A DNA stretch of 58,869 nt, counting the filler, from Sphacelaria rigidula (lineage: Eukaryota): the NCBI GenBank assembly GCA_964200075.2. It is 4 parts of 4 records of this genome, joined end to end, with 100 filler letters (N's around TTAATTAATTAA, not from the genome) between each part and the next. Parts side by side here need not be neighbours in the genome. Positions count along the whole stretch, not along the records: positions 44,232 to 58,869 come from CAXNAA020002131.1; 3 more parts are not named here. The stretch is one strand, 5' to 3'. Positions 48,187 through 58,869 of this stretch are shown piece after piece. A model generated the notes under the pieces. It made no database searches, had not been told where the DNA came from, and worked only from the letters and a program-made list of their open reading frames with translations. Position numbers and translations under genes: made by a program. The first letter of the stretch is position 1. Each line of letters begins with the position of its first letter.

Positions 48187-48465
48187 TCACATCATGCTCG
48201 AGGACGCACTAAGCGACCGCTCGCGGTCTCGCATGCCGACGTAGCCGGCCATGCAGTTCATCCCGCCGCCGCTACCCATGGGCATCGCCGCCCCGCGGAA
48301 CACTTTGCTGCTGGCGGGGAAGGGCTCGGGACGGCCGCGTTCAGCGCCGGCAGAGTGGAAGATGAGCGGGCGGTATTCCCCGTCCTTCTCCATCAGTGAA
48401 GAGTTTTGGAAGCGGGAGATCATGGAAGCCTTGCCCTGGATCCGCGCGTAAGAAATGGCGCACAC
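48187..48465 (-). CDS. mei2: Mei2-like exon 9 (end of RRM3 and stop)
   Basis: ggtgcag|VCAISYARIQGKASMISRFQNSSLMEKDGEYRPLIF...TGA. Confidence 0.92.
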   Translation of the reverse strand: MCAISYARIQGKASMISRFQNSSLMEKDGEYRPLIFHSAGAERGRPEPFPASSKVFRGAAMPMGSGGGMNCMAGYVGMRDRERSLSASSSMM

Positions 48466-50412
48466 CTGCACCGACATAATAGGTGACGGTCGGAGATTGC
48501 GCGGAACGGGGGGAAGAGAGGGAGCTCCAACATCAAGGCTGAACGAGAAAAAAAATCAAGTTCCCAACAACATCAGATGTAACAGCGGAACAGTGATTCT
48601 CATCTTCGATAACACGGAGGCTTTAGTCACGGTGATATCTGCGCTCTACTAGCTCAAGTCGTGTTCAGCAGTTTCAATTATCTCGAGCTCGGACAGAACG
48701 TCATCGTGGGAAGAGGGTTGGGCCCATTAGCTTCAACAGCTCTCGCTTCACGGGGGATGCTCCACATGGGAGAACGCTGCATGACGCACGAGATTCATTA
48801 CAGCACGTGTCGCAAGCGACTTTTGCTGAAAAGATGTCTGTATCCCCTAGAACAGGGCGAAGGTGGTGCAGGATTCTGTAAATGCGGGCCCCACTCTGTG
48901 CGCATCGGTCTTAAAACACACACCCTTGTACATAAAATATGATGTTTGCTGCTGTGTTCAACACTGCGTACCAACCGCAACGTGACGCCTTGGGCGGTAC
49001 TACTTGCTCACTGCACAGCGGCAGGGTGCAGGGTGACAAAGCACACCAGAGGATGCCACATCCTTAGCCTATCCCTGTGCTGCATTGATTTCGCGCTGTC
49101 CTATGCAGTTCGCCACATCATGAACGCAACCGCTTGTATCTACGGCCAACGTGTACGCGGGATAACATCCCTCGCTACGCGCTATATCGCTATGCCCCAT
49201 TTTGGAAAGGTGTCCATGTTGCAGGTACAGCGTGCGTTTGCCCCAGGTGACGCACGAAGGAGTGAAGGGCCGCCTCCGCTGCTGAAATTGCTGCCTGTTT
49301 CTTGGACGAGGCTGAATGGTAACACAGTCGTCATGGCACGAAAGCCACCTGTCGCATTTTACACCCTGGAGGTTTTCACCGACTTCAAATAAGAATATTA
49401 CACAAATTACAGTCGGCGATATATTCTATACTATGCGCAGTACACTTTCAAATTTGTCTTCGTACTGACTGTAGAATTTTTTGTCCAGGGTCTGGTACAT
49501 ATTCCCACACATATTGTTACTCTGTGAGATTGTGAAAATAATCCACAACATGTGAGCGAACTACAGGTGAGGCAATCGCCGAAATATTCACCTGCAAACT
49601 CTGCTCCCGTACACTATCATTTGATATCGCTAGAAGTACACTACAATAACCACCCTGCTGGCTGCCAGACTGTCAGGACGCAGTATCCGTTAGCATTGAA
49701 TGTTAGCATTGCTACTGTCTGTAGGGAGATATTGCTCCCTGGTCGGGTACGTGGGGAAGGGTCCATGGCAGAACGCAGTGGTCGCGTGAGAGAAGGTCAA
49801 CCTTGACGTGTCGAGCTTTCCGGACCGGTAAACGTTCAGCGTAGACCCTCGCATCTATGGCGGGGCCTAGATGCTTTTTCTTTTTTGGCTTCCTGGGAGC
49901 GTTCATTCCCAACTGGGCGAACATTGACGATGACACCGGAAGGATCCGTTGCGGCTTGGGAGCCCGACCGAAATCGTACGTACTATAATCGTCATCAGAT
50001 AGGAGGTGGTGAGAAAAATACAATTTGATGAGAATGGTATCCACCGTTTCAATGCAGACCGGGCCCTCAGCGCCTTGTGCAGTCACGGCTACGGCTCCGA
50101 CAACTTGCTGTAGTACCGATCGACACATCCTCCAAGTTTCGGTGTCGTTAAAAGCGAGGTGCGGATTTTCTTGACGTAAACCCCAAACAACTCCACATCC
50201 ATAATGTGGAAAAGGAATAGCACTGCGGAAATACAACACGTATGTCTCGTCTACGATGGATATCCTTGTCCTCCACAGCGTCAAGAGTCATTTGCATGTA
50301 CAAGTACACAACAGCATGGAACATGACGAGACACATGATCGGCTGTGTGTGGACTAGGACAAACCGAGCGGTATGTTCCAGCTGATGCATGCATGTATTG
50401 CATGTGTGTGTA

Positions 50413-50456
<44 letters not shown>

Positions 50457-53400
50457 TGCCGGCGCACGAGAGTGCGCTCACCTTTTCCGAGTTGAAGTTC
50501 TTCCAGCGCTGAGCGTTGAACTCACGGAAGAACGGCACGATGCGGCGGTAGTCCATGAAGTTGATGAAGGCGTACCCGACGTTGCATTTGTTCTTGAAGT
50601 CGATCGGAAGGTAGAAAAAATCGTACGCTCCACGGTAGGACGCGTCGATCTCCTGCAGCAGCATCGACTGGGTATACTTGTTCGGAATGTTGCGGATCAT
50701 GATGGTAGTACGCTTATCCAGCCCCTTGGAAACCTGTCGGCAAAAGCATCAACAGGAAAGCATTCGAGTCGGAGAGATTAAGATCAGGAGGAGTGCCAAA
50801 TTCTTAAGGGTGGACAGGGGCGGAGTTGTAAAAAAAAAAAAAATCTGGGGGTGGGTGAGTATGATTATGATGACATCTGTACGAGAGGGAGTCCCTCCTT
50901 GGTCTCACGGTCTCATGCTACACATTCCATACGAGCATGAGAGGCCCTACAGGACATATCAATGGGGTAACATAACACACACGGCAGAACCGATGACGGC
51001 GAACAAGTGCCACTTGAGTTCTCGGAGCACAAAACAACCCACCGTGCACATGCATACCCCAAGGACAACAAGGCGAACGGCACACCTTCTTGAGGTCCAG
51101 CGAAAACTCATCCCCGCCGTTGCCCCCACCACCCGCTCCACAGCCAGTAGACACCAGCATCTGCGCCCCGTCACTATGACAGCGCACGTTTCGCGCGCCG
51201 CCGCTGCACAAACCCCCACCTCCGAGCCTGCTCTCATCAAGCGATGGTTGCCTGCATCTGTCGTTCTTGTATCCGAGCCCCCCGGGTCCGCCAGGGCCGC
51301 CCATCATGCCTCGCAGGGGCGGGCTGCCGCGGTTACCCATACCTCTGGCCGACGGGGGAGAGAGAGACAGGGAACCCGGCCACAAGGACGCCGGTGGGGA
51401 ACGGTCATCGTCGCAGTCGCCGTGGTATCCTGGAGAGATGTCCATGAAATATCCGCCGCCGCCATTTCCGTTACATGTGCCGCCTGAGGACGTGCCATAT
51501 GAGCCCGCGCCGGCGGGGGAGGACGACAGCAGCGGGTGCGGCTTGCCGTTACCGCCCGAGTTGTTCGAAGGCATCATATGATCGTGCATGTGCTGTGAGA
51601 GAGACATTCGCGGGACATGGGGATGGTTGTGGTGATGGTGCTGGCCCCCGCCACCTGCACCGCCACCCATGTGGGACTGCGGCACAGGACCGTTACCGCA
51701 GGAGTTGTTCGAGTACAGCTGGTGGGCGCCCGGGGAGCTACCGTCATGGATGCTACCACCAACGCTGTTCACCGGAGTTGCGGATATACTGACGATGCTA
51801 GGGGATAACGACCCCATGCGGTGTTTCGAGTGCTGCGGCGCGCGTCCGTTACCGTTATTGAGTTGAACAGGAGGCATGCCTGCGTACTATTCAGGGCACG
51901 CGTGCAGGGGGAGGGGGGAGGGGGGAGGGGGGCGGGGGGCGGGGGGCGGGGGGGGGATTATTCACGATCATTCAAGAGAACGAAATGTGGGCGAAACGTT
52001 CAGTTCGCAAGACTGGGCGTCACAGACACGCAGAAGGGTGGCTATAACCGTGCGTAACTTACCATGCCTGGAGACTTGGCCCCAGCGTTGGACACCACGT
52101 AATGACATGAGTCCGCGCCTGAAGGTGGGGTAGATCCGGGTGTAGTGGCTGGTGTGGTGTTCGCCGAGGTCATGGGGGTATATGAGTCCATCGCATGTCC
52201 ACTGTCACGCGGATAGTCCTGCACCACGGGACATGTGGGTGTACCAGTAGCAAGCCCAAAGCCATCAAGACCGTTAATTGATTTGACTCATTGGTCCATG
52301 AATTCATCCCCAAGCGATCTCGGCGTCATGACATGATGGACGTACACCGAGACAAGAACAAAACTGAGAGCAGTAAGTAAAAGTAAAAAAAAAAACAGAA
52401 GCAGTATCCACAGACGAACAGAGCAGGAAAATAATAAAAAAATACATGAACCCTTGCACATGGGAAAACAGAAAACCGAGACGATATTTTGCGGGGCACA
52501 GCAGCTGCTGCCTTCGGCACGGTGCTCATACATACCATCGCGCGGAAATCGTCAGGTACGCCACGCACCTTCACCCTAGTATTGGGGGGCGGTGAGTCGC
52601 TATCCGAAGAGCGGACGGACATGCCTATCGAGGACGAACCTCTCCTGCATTCGTCTCCCGAAGTCATTCCACCGGTCAATTCCGCCCTACGACAAAAAAC
52701 CGCGATGCGCGTAAAAGCAAGGGCACGGGGGTGCGGAGAGGGAAATTGGAACGCGCTCTGCGATTCACGTAGAGGCTGGTCACGTTAACCGATCGCTGTC
52801 GAATCCAAATGGAAAGAGTGGATAGATGGAGGACGGAGGGAGGAGGAAGGGGGAAGGGGGAGGGCAAAACTGCTCTCAATAATGCAGGAACACGCTCTTT
52901 ATTCATGGAATTTCAGACTGCGACTGAAAAACGCGGAACACACACCGTTCTGTCACGAGGTACGATCAACATGGTTGAGACGGCTATTTACACCATGACA
53001 CCATATCGCACACATTGGGTGCCTCCCCGTTCGCGACGTCACACACCACACAGAGGGAACGTTCGCGTTATATCTAGGGGTAGTTGACTGAAGGATAGGG
53101 GGTAGGGGTAAAGCTGACGGTTACACACAAAACTCACGTCCAGCGATTGAGCGTTGCATGCAGCTGTCGACCTAAGGCCTTTTCCCCCTCTGAACGAACA
53201 GCCGGCTCCACCGTGATGGCATGACCCCAAGGGTTATGGGCCGTGAGCTCTTGAGCAGCAATGCGCGCGTCCTGGATGCTGAAAAAGTCCACCACGAAGC
53301 TCGCGGATTGTCCCGGGTGGGGCGACGAGTGCCGCGCGACGCACCTCAGGTCACCGTACATCTGGAAAACGCTTCCGACCTCTGCTTCCGTAGCCTGCAC

Positions 53401-56400
53401 AATGGATTTTAGGGCAAACGCAACTCATCGGCGTCACAAGGGCGATATTTTTAGGAAGACGACCACTGTACGTTTGGAGGGGAGGACACACGGAGCCTCT
53501 TGCGACGCCATTTAGCCCCGCCATACACGCGTCACATAATGCGCGGTTTTGTATGGGCATTCCCGTCATCCTCCACTGCGGTTTCACGTGATGAATGAAG
53601 ATACACAGTCTTGTGTTGGGTTGCTTGTACGCGCGGACGCCATGTGGATTTATTGCTTACCTGTGCGGGGATATCATGTACGAACAGGCTACCCTCCTTG
53701 TAGCTGAACCCCGAATGAAGTTCGACGCTGAAATGGACAGCCGGTGGAGACCGAGACGACTGAAGGAGCACGAAACGCCACGTTCAAAGTCCACCCGATA
53801 ACGTCACCCGAGAGTCGCGCATGTTGTAGAAACAAAAAAGAGGGACACGGCAAGACGAATGAGTACCCACACAAACGCTCGAGTGGCGCATCCTCTTCAG
53901 GCCGAGAACATCAAGCGAACTCAGAAATGGCGGGAACGAACTTCAATCGTCCGGAACACAAGCCGGAATCTCCCTCAGGCTTCCTCGCACGATGCATCAT
54001 TGCATATCCGCACGCGGAACACAGTACACGCAAATACTTCATCTCACTCAACTCCCTCAGCCAAAGACGAAACGATTTCCATGCACGCACATTCAACGTC
54101 CAGCCCGGCATAGTAAAAAAAAAACAACAGCAACAAAATAACGGCACCTTCATCGTACCCATCATCCCCCCCCCCCCCCTCTCCTCGTGTTAGAGGGGGA
54201 AATGTTGGAACGAAAAAAAAGGGGCATGAAGTCGTGGGGTACATTAGGTGGTCGCGAGAAAAAGATCGCAATAGCAGGTAATAGATGGTGGCCACAGACG
54301 TCGAAACAGGAAGGGGGAAGATATGTGAAACGTTTCGTGTCACGTATGGAAGAAACGTAAGGAGCGCCCAAATGAACATGTTGGAGGTGTCTCCATTACG
54401 AGTACGATCGGTGCTCCGTCTCGGACGGGATGCGCAGTCCATGTTCAAATTACTGAGGTGAGCAAGAAATGAGTACGCCCCCTCCTCTTCGTCGTCCAGT
54501 TCGAGTCTATCTTCTCACACACAACGCCAACTCCTCACCTCGAGAACCACCCGCGACAACTCCCGTCCCAGAGACTGATGGGCACTAATTGCGTCCCGCA
54601 AGTCATAGTATGCCAGAAATACAACCCGTTTCCGGCGGTGCTCAGCTCGCAGGTAGTACAGCGGCCCGTGGGACTCGCAAGCGGCACGCAGCACGTCCTC
54701 AGGAATGGTCTCTACATTCCATAACACGAGCGCGCGCGACGCCTGCTCCGTCAGGAACTCCATGAGCTCTGCACCAGCCGGCGCGTTAAGCACCGCTGTC
54801 CAGCTTTCGTCCAGATGCGGGGTGCCGCCGCGGCCCCCGCCGCTGCCGGCATGCGGCCGGCGGAGTCCCGAGCTCGGCCCCCTGGGAAAGCTCTGCTCGA
54901 GCTGTTGACATTGACCCTGACCAAACCCACCCCTTTGTACGGCCTGCACGGGCCCGGGGCTACTGCGCGGCCCACCACCTTCCCTTGAAGTATAAAACTC
55001 TCGGGAGCCGAGTGAATCGTCCCCGCGGCTGCCGCTTCCATCGAAGGCCGAATGCTCGCTCCTACGGTCTTCCGCACCGCTGTCGGCGTCGCTGCCTGCT
55101 CCCCCACCGCCACAGGTGCCCGCGGGGGCACTGCCAGTTCGACGTAGGGGCCCGCCCCTGTAGATGCGGGCAGGAAAGTGTTCGTTTTGAACCCGTGCTT
55201 GTTGGTGCTGCGCGGTTAGCCACGCAGGGCGACGGCCTGGCGGCGGCGCGAGCGCCGCCAAAGGAAGAAATTCGTCGCCGGGTTGGGACAGGGTTGCTAT
55301 CTGGGGCGGGAGGTCAGTGCCTCCACTGTTGCTACTGCTGTTGCTGACATTGTTGTCGCTGCTGCTGCTGTTGCTACCCCCAGAAAAATGGCTGTTGGTG
55401 GCGTGATCCGAATGGGGATACGCCCGCCCCTCATGCTCCCCGCCTCCTACTTCAAGGCAGTTCATTGCCAGCAGCAGATCGGAGCCGACGCAATCCACGA
55501 GGTCCAGGTTTGTGCTGCTCTGGACACGGTGAGGGCTTTGCTGCGTGCAGAACGATGCCTGAACACGACGAGATGGGTCGGCGACATGCACGCGATAGCG
55601 AGAAGGGGGAGGCAGAGGTGGGGGGGAAGGTGGAGAGGTCGATGTACCGACTTCTGCGTCTCTTCAGGTTGTGGAAAGGTTCGAGGGTTTGGTGTTGGTA
55701 TGGTGCATTTTGCCCGAGAAGCGATTCATGGATTTCATGGGCATATCGCCTTCGACGAAATGACTTGATTCTAAAGAGTAAACACAGGACAGGTGGCGTT
55801 GTGGCACTCGATGACCACAATTCACGCATCAAGCGGAGGTCGGGGGCGGTGTATTCTTCAAGCACCTGTTTGAAGACGTGCGATGCGTCATATGCCTTTT
55901 CGAGTCAACAGGTGTGGAAATGGCTGTCAGTGCATCCTTCGATCAGAATGCCATGTCAAGCAAGAGAGAACACCAGATTGTCATGAAATGCACACACATG
56001 TACGCATTATCATGCCCATCCCCCGCGCGTGTTCAACCAGCCAATATAAAATCAACGACAGTTCTTTGGATGGGGTTATTTTTCACAGGCCAACTTTCAA
56101 GACATCATACTATTCGGCGTACATTTTTCGTCTCAATCGCAAGACCGTTGGAGGTATCTCGACATACACAAGCACACCACTCACGCAACTAGGTAACAAA
56201 CGAAAACATCAGGCTGTGAACCTCCACTCATCAAACAAGACCCACACCTCCAGGTACGCGGTAAAACGCATCAATTTAGATTTGTGGTACGCGAGTCCAC
56301 CCCCGCCATCCCATGACTTATGAGAGAGCGATAAAACTAACCTCAACTTACGGTTCATCGCACAAACCACCCCTTGCTTTATTTTCCCCTCCCGTTTCAT

Positions 56401-56737
56401 CCACAGTAAAACATATAGAATAATCACCATAACGTCCTTTTTAGAACAAAAAAAAACACTTCCTTTTGATGGGGAGAGGTCCCAAACACGGAGATACAAA
56501 AAAAAAACAGTTGCCTTTTTCTAGAGGCCTATAGAGCAAGCCACCATAATTTCAGACCCGATCCACCGCCTCGCTCACCGGTGGTGCACGCTGAGGGCCC
56601 AAGCCCGTGGCCGGATACTGTCCTGGCGACGTGAACTTGTGCGCAGATGAATTTGGAGAGTCCTGACGTTCCTGCAGTACCTCATGTTGGCTGTCCCGCC
56701 CACCTCCTTCTACCCCGCTGCCGTCGTCGGCAGGCAT
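48187..56737 (-). CDS. mei2: Mei2-like RNA-binding protein (RRM1, RRM2 and Mei2-type RRM3), 9 exons, about 1051 aa
   Basis: Exons 56737-56579, 55540-54539, 53759-53661, 53394-53138, 52686-52536, 52218-52063, 51886-51086, 50733-50482 and 48465-48187. All introns are GT-AG with consistent phases, and the total is 3156 nt. The diagnostic RRM3 reads RTTIMIRNIPNKYTQ...YDFFYLPIDFKNKCNVGYAFINF...WKNFNSEK|VCAISYARIQGK. Confidence 0.92.
48900..49752 (-). repeat. Family R partial inverted copy inside the last Mei2 intron
   Basis: ctgcacagcggcagggtgcagggtgacaaag and aggtgaggcaatcgccgaaatattcacctgcaaact are reverse complements of about 8990-9025 and 8385-8425. The segment at about 49330-49540 is more diverged. 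Confidence 0.85.
50403..50456. repeat. Compound microsatellite (TG)n(AG)n
   Basis: Seen directly, next to the exon 8 donor. Confidence 0.95.
50482..50733 (-). CDS. mei2: Mei2-like exon 8 (RRM3 core)
   Basis: cgacag|VSKGLDKRTTIMIRNIPNKY...NFNSEK|GTGAG. Confidence 0.95.
51086..51886 (-). CDS. mei2: Mei2-like exon 7 (Gly/His/Ser-rich linker)
   Basis: gaatag|YAGMPPVQ...DEFSLDLKK|GTGTGC. The FSLDL motif immediately precedes RRM3. Confidence 0.85.
53138..53394 (-). CDS. mei2: Mei2-like exon 4 (RRM2)
   Basis: ATEAEVGSVFQMYGDLRCV...FVVDFFSIQDARIAAQEL, with canonical splice sites. Confidence 0.85.
54539..55540 (-). CDS. mei2: Mei2-like exon 2 (disordered region and RRM1)
   Basis: SRALVLWNV...CESHGPLYYL...VVFLAYYDLRDAISA, with canonical splice sites. 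Confidence 0.88.
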
Positions 56738-57556
56738 GTTCCCGAGAAATTACACCCCCAGACGCGGTCTACAGTGCACCCAGAGAACCCTGCAACGCCA
56801 GCGACCGTTGTACAGATTTCCCGTCTGTCTTTGCCCCTCGTGGACCGACGCCGACTATCTCTCCAAGACTAAGGGAGCTGTAGTATCGATCTTCCGTGCC
56901 TCAGTGTAGCGATGAATGAACCGTTACTGCTTTGCGGCTTGTGGTTGCGTAAGATGCCTGTTCCATGTATGTTGTGCGGGTGTGGTGTTCACAGAAGCAG
57001 AAAAAAAAGCCAGCTGGTGCTCCAGTGTATTTCCTAGATAAAAGCGCCGTTCTTTGTGACAACTTCAAGCTGATTTTTTTTTATTTTCCAGTCACCCTTT
57101 TCCTTCTTCAAGCACATTGTGCAACAATCTTGACATCAGGGTACCACGCCTTGAAAATGAGGGTGGGTCCTTCAAATGATGAACTGTTGAAGAGTTCAAG
57201 TGATGAACTGTTGAGCAGTGGATAGTTCGCGGAGTGTTGTAGACCATCAGAACATCGCCCGAGGTCAGAGTTGTGTGTTAGAATGGATTCGAATCCTACG
57301 CATAGATCATGCCATACTGTGGTGAGCTACTTTACATGTTTATACCGAGACATAGCTGTAGCCACTCCACGTTATGGATTTGGATCCAGTGTGTGTGTTT
57401 CGTTGCCCGAGCATACCATCAACCAAGATTTCAAAACCTACTCGACTCGGGATCTCCTCATGACATGGATATCCTCGCCTGTGACACCCGAACACGTCGA
57501 CACTTTGCGCGCCACACACAAGGCTCACTTCAGCTGTACTAGAGTGCTTTCATGCC

Positions 57557-57976
57557 CGGCATACCGTTGTCGCTCTTGCATGAAATTGCCCTGTTTTGTA
57601 CGTGTAGCGTGCCGTCGTCGTGCTTTAATACTGGTATGACGACCCTGTTTGCCACTTTCCAGTCTCTGCCGCCAACTTCTTTACTGCCCGTGTGTTCATT
57701 CATGCCATCGCATCATATCATAATCGGTAAGATCTGTTGATGAGTAACGGTCAAAATGATTGTACACGGCATACCGCTGTCGCTCTTGCAGAAGACTACC
57801 CCGTTTTCTACGTCTGGCATGCCGTTGTCGTGCTTGCATACTTGTGTGGCGACCCTGTTTCCCACTTTTCAGTCTCTGCTGCCAACTTCTTTACTGCCCG
57901 TGTGTCCATTCATGTCATCGTATCACATCATAATGGACAACATCTGTTGGTGAGTAACGACCAAAACGACTGTACA
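57557..57976. repeat. 210-bp tandem duplication (2 units)
   Basis: cggcataccg.tgtcgctcttgca...gccaacttctttactgcccgtgtgt...tgtaca starts at 57557 and 57767, with no indels. Confidence 0.92.
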
Positions 57977-58494
57977 CCATCGTTGGCGATGGTGGGGCCT
58001 GCGGCGCTTGTATATACTACTAGATGTGGAAATGAGAGGAATGGCCCGAGTACCGTACAGCATACAATCATATTGTGTTGTTGGAAGCGTATTCGCTGCT
58101 GCATGTCTGTCGGGTCGAGGGACAACTCATCATCGCATTTCTATCGATGCGGTATAACAGGCACTTGCACTGTTTGGGTTATTGGCGACCGAGTTGGCCG
58201 AGTTGGCAGCTGTTAACTGTCAATACCTCCAGAAGATGACATTGAGAAAAAAAGTGCACCACACGTTGTAGTGTGGAATCTGTTGTGTTTACGAGTAGAG
58301 AGTTGAAGTTTCAGCAATAAAAAGGGAAAATGCTATAACTCCAAGGGTCTGTCGAGCGAAAAAAATCGGACACGTATGCCACCCCCCCCCCTTCCGGAGG
58401 GCTTTTTTTCGAAAGTTGTCATGATTTTTTCGATTTTTTTTGTCAAGTTTTTCGCACGGCGTTGATCAATAAACACTGCTTTGATTATTCCTGC

Positions 58495-58770
58495 TGACTT
58501 TTGTTGAAAGAAATTGATCAATAAACGCTGGCAAAACCCGAAAAGTCTGGTGGGCTTTGTGGGGTTCGTGTATCTGCTTCTGCTCCTTGCCCGTTCCGTC
58601 CCGATGACCTCAGATGCCGGAGGGCATTTTTCCGACAATTAAAATAATCCTGTTTTTTCAATATTTTCTGTCAACTTTGTAGCAAGAAATTAATTAATAA
58701 TGAACATTGACAAAATCCGAAGAGTTTGGTGGGCTTTGCGGGGTACTGTATATGTTTGCTTCTGCTCCTT
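58495..58770. repeat. Two diverged ~100-bp direct repeats
   Basis: aagaaatt.at.aataa...caaaa.ccgaa.agt.tggtgggctttg.gggt...tgcttctgctcctt occurs twice, about 180 bp apart. Confidence 0.7.
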
Positions 58771-58805
58771 TACATATTTTTTATATTTATAATATGTAAC
58801 GTATA

Positions 58806-58869
58806 GCCGGTCGCCCCGGTGGCTCAGTTGGTAACCTCGTAACCTTCTGATGGTTGAGTTGCGGGGTTC
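58806..58869 (+). mobile_element. tRNA-derived SINE head, cut by the window end
   Basis: gccggtcgccccggTGGCTCAGTTGGtaacctcgtaaccttctga...ggGTTC, the same family as 34411-34538. Confidence 0.7.

Overview
Eukaryotic, intron-rich, repeat-rich DNA, most likely from a brown alga (Phaeophyceae, Ectocarpus-like). This is an inference from the EsV-1-7 repeat gene, the intron style and the transposon types. The window is not one locus. Three identical artificial 100-bp linkers (N44-TTAATTAATTAA-N44) join four scaffolds of descending length: 1-14645, 14746-29389, 29490-44131 and 44232-58869. Scaffold 1 holds an EsV-1-7 cysteine-repeat gene (about 20 x 38-aa units in one exon) between a 242-bp MITE and a 433-bp fold-back element, both with 4-bp TSDs, plus two copies of a ~1.8-kb repeat. 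Scaffold 2 holds a decayed ~10-kb Ty3/Gypsy retrotransposon (extra 5' ORF, gag, PR, RT, RNase H, IN, chromodomain and one further domain), head-to-head with a second gag-PR remnant. Scaffold 3 holds a probable solo LTR, a deleted hAT-like element nested in a long-TIR element, a tRNA-derived SINE, small piggyBac-like modules, a mariner-like fragment and exons of an unknown minus-strand gene. Scaffold 4 holds a 9-exon Mei2-like RRM gene (about 1051 aa, minus strand). All calls were made by eye; no searches were run.
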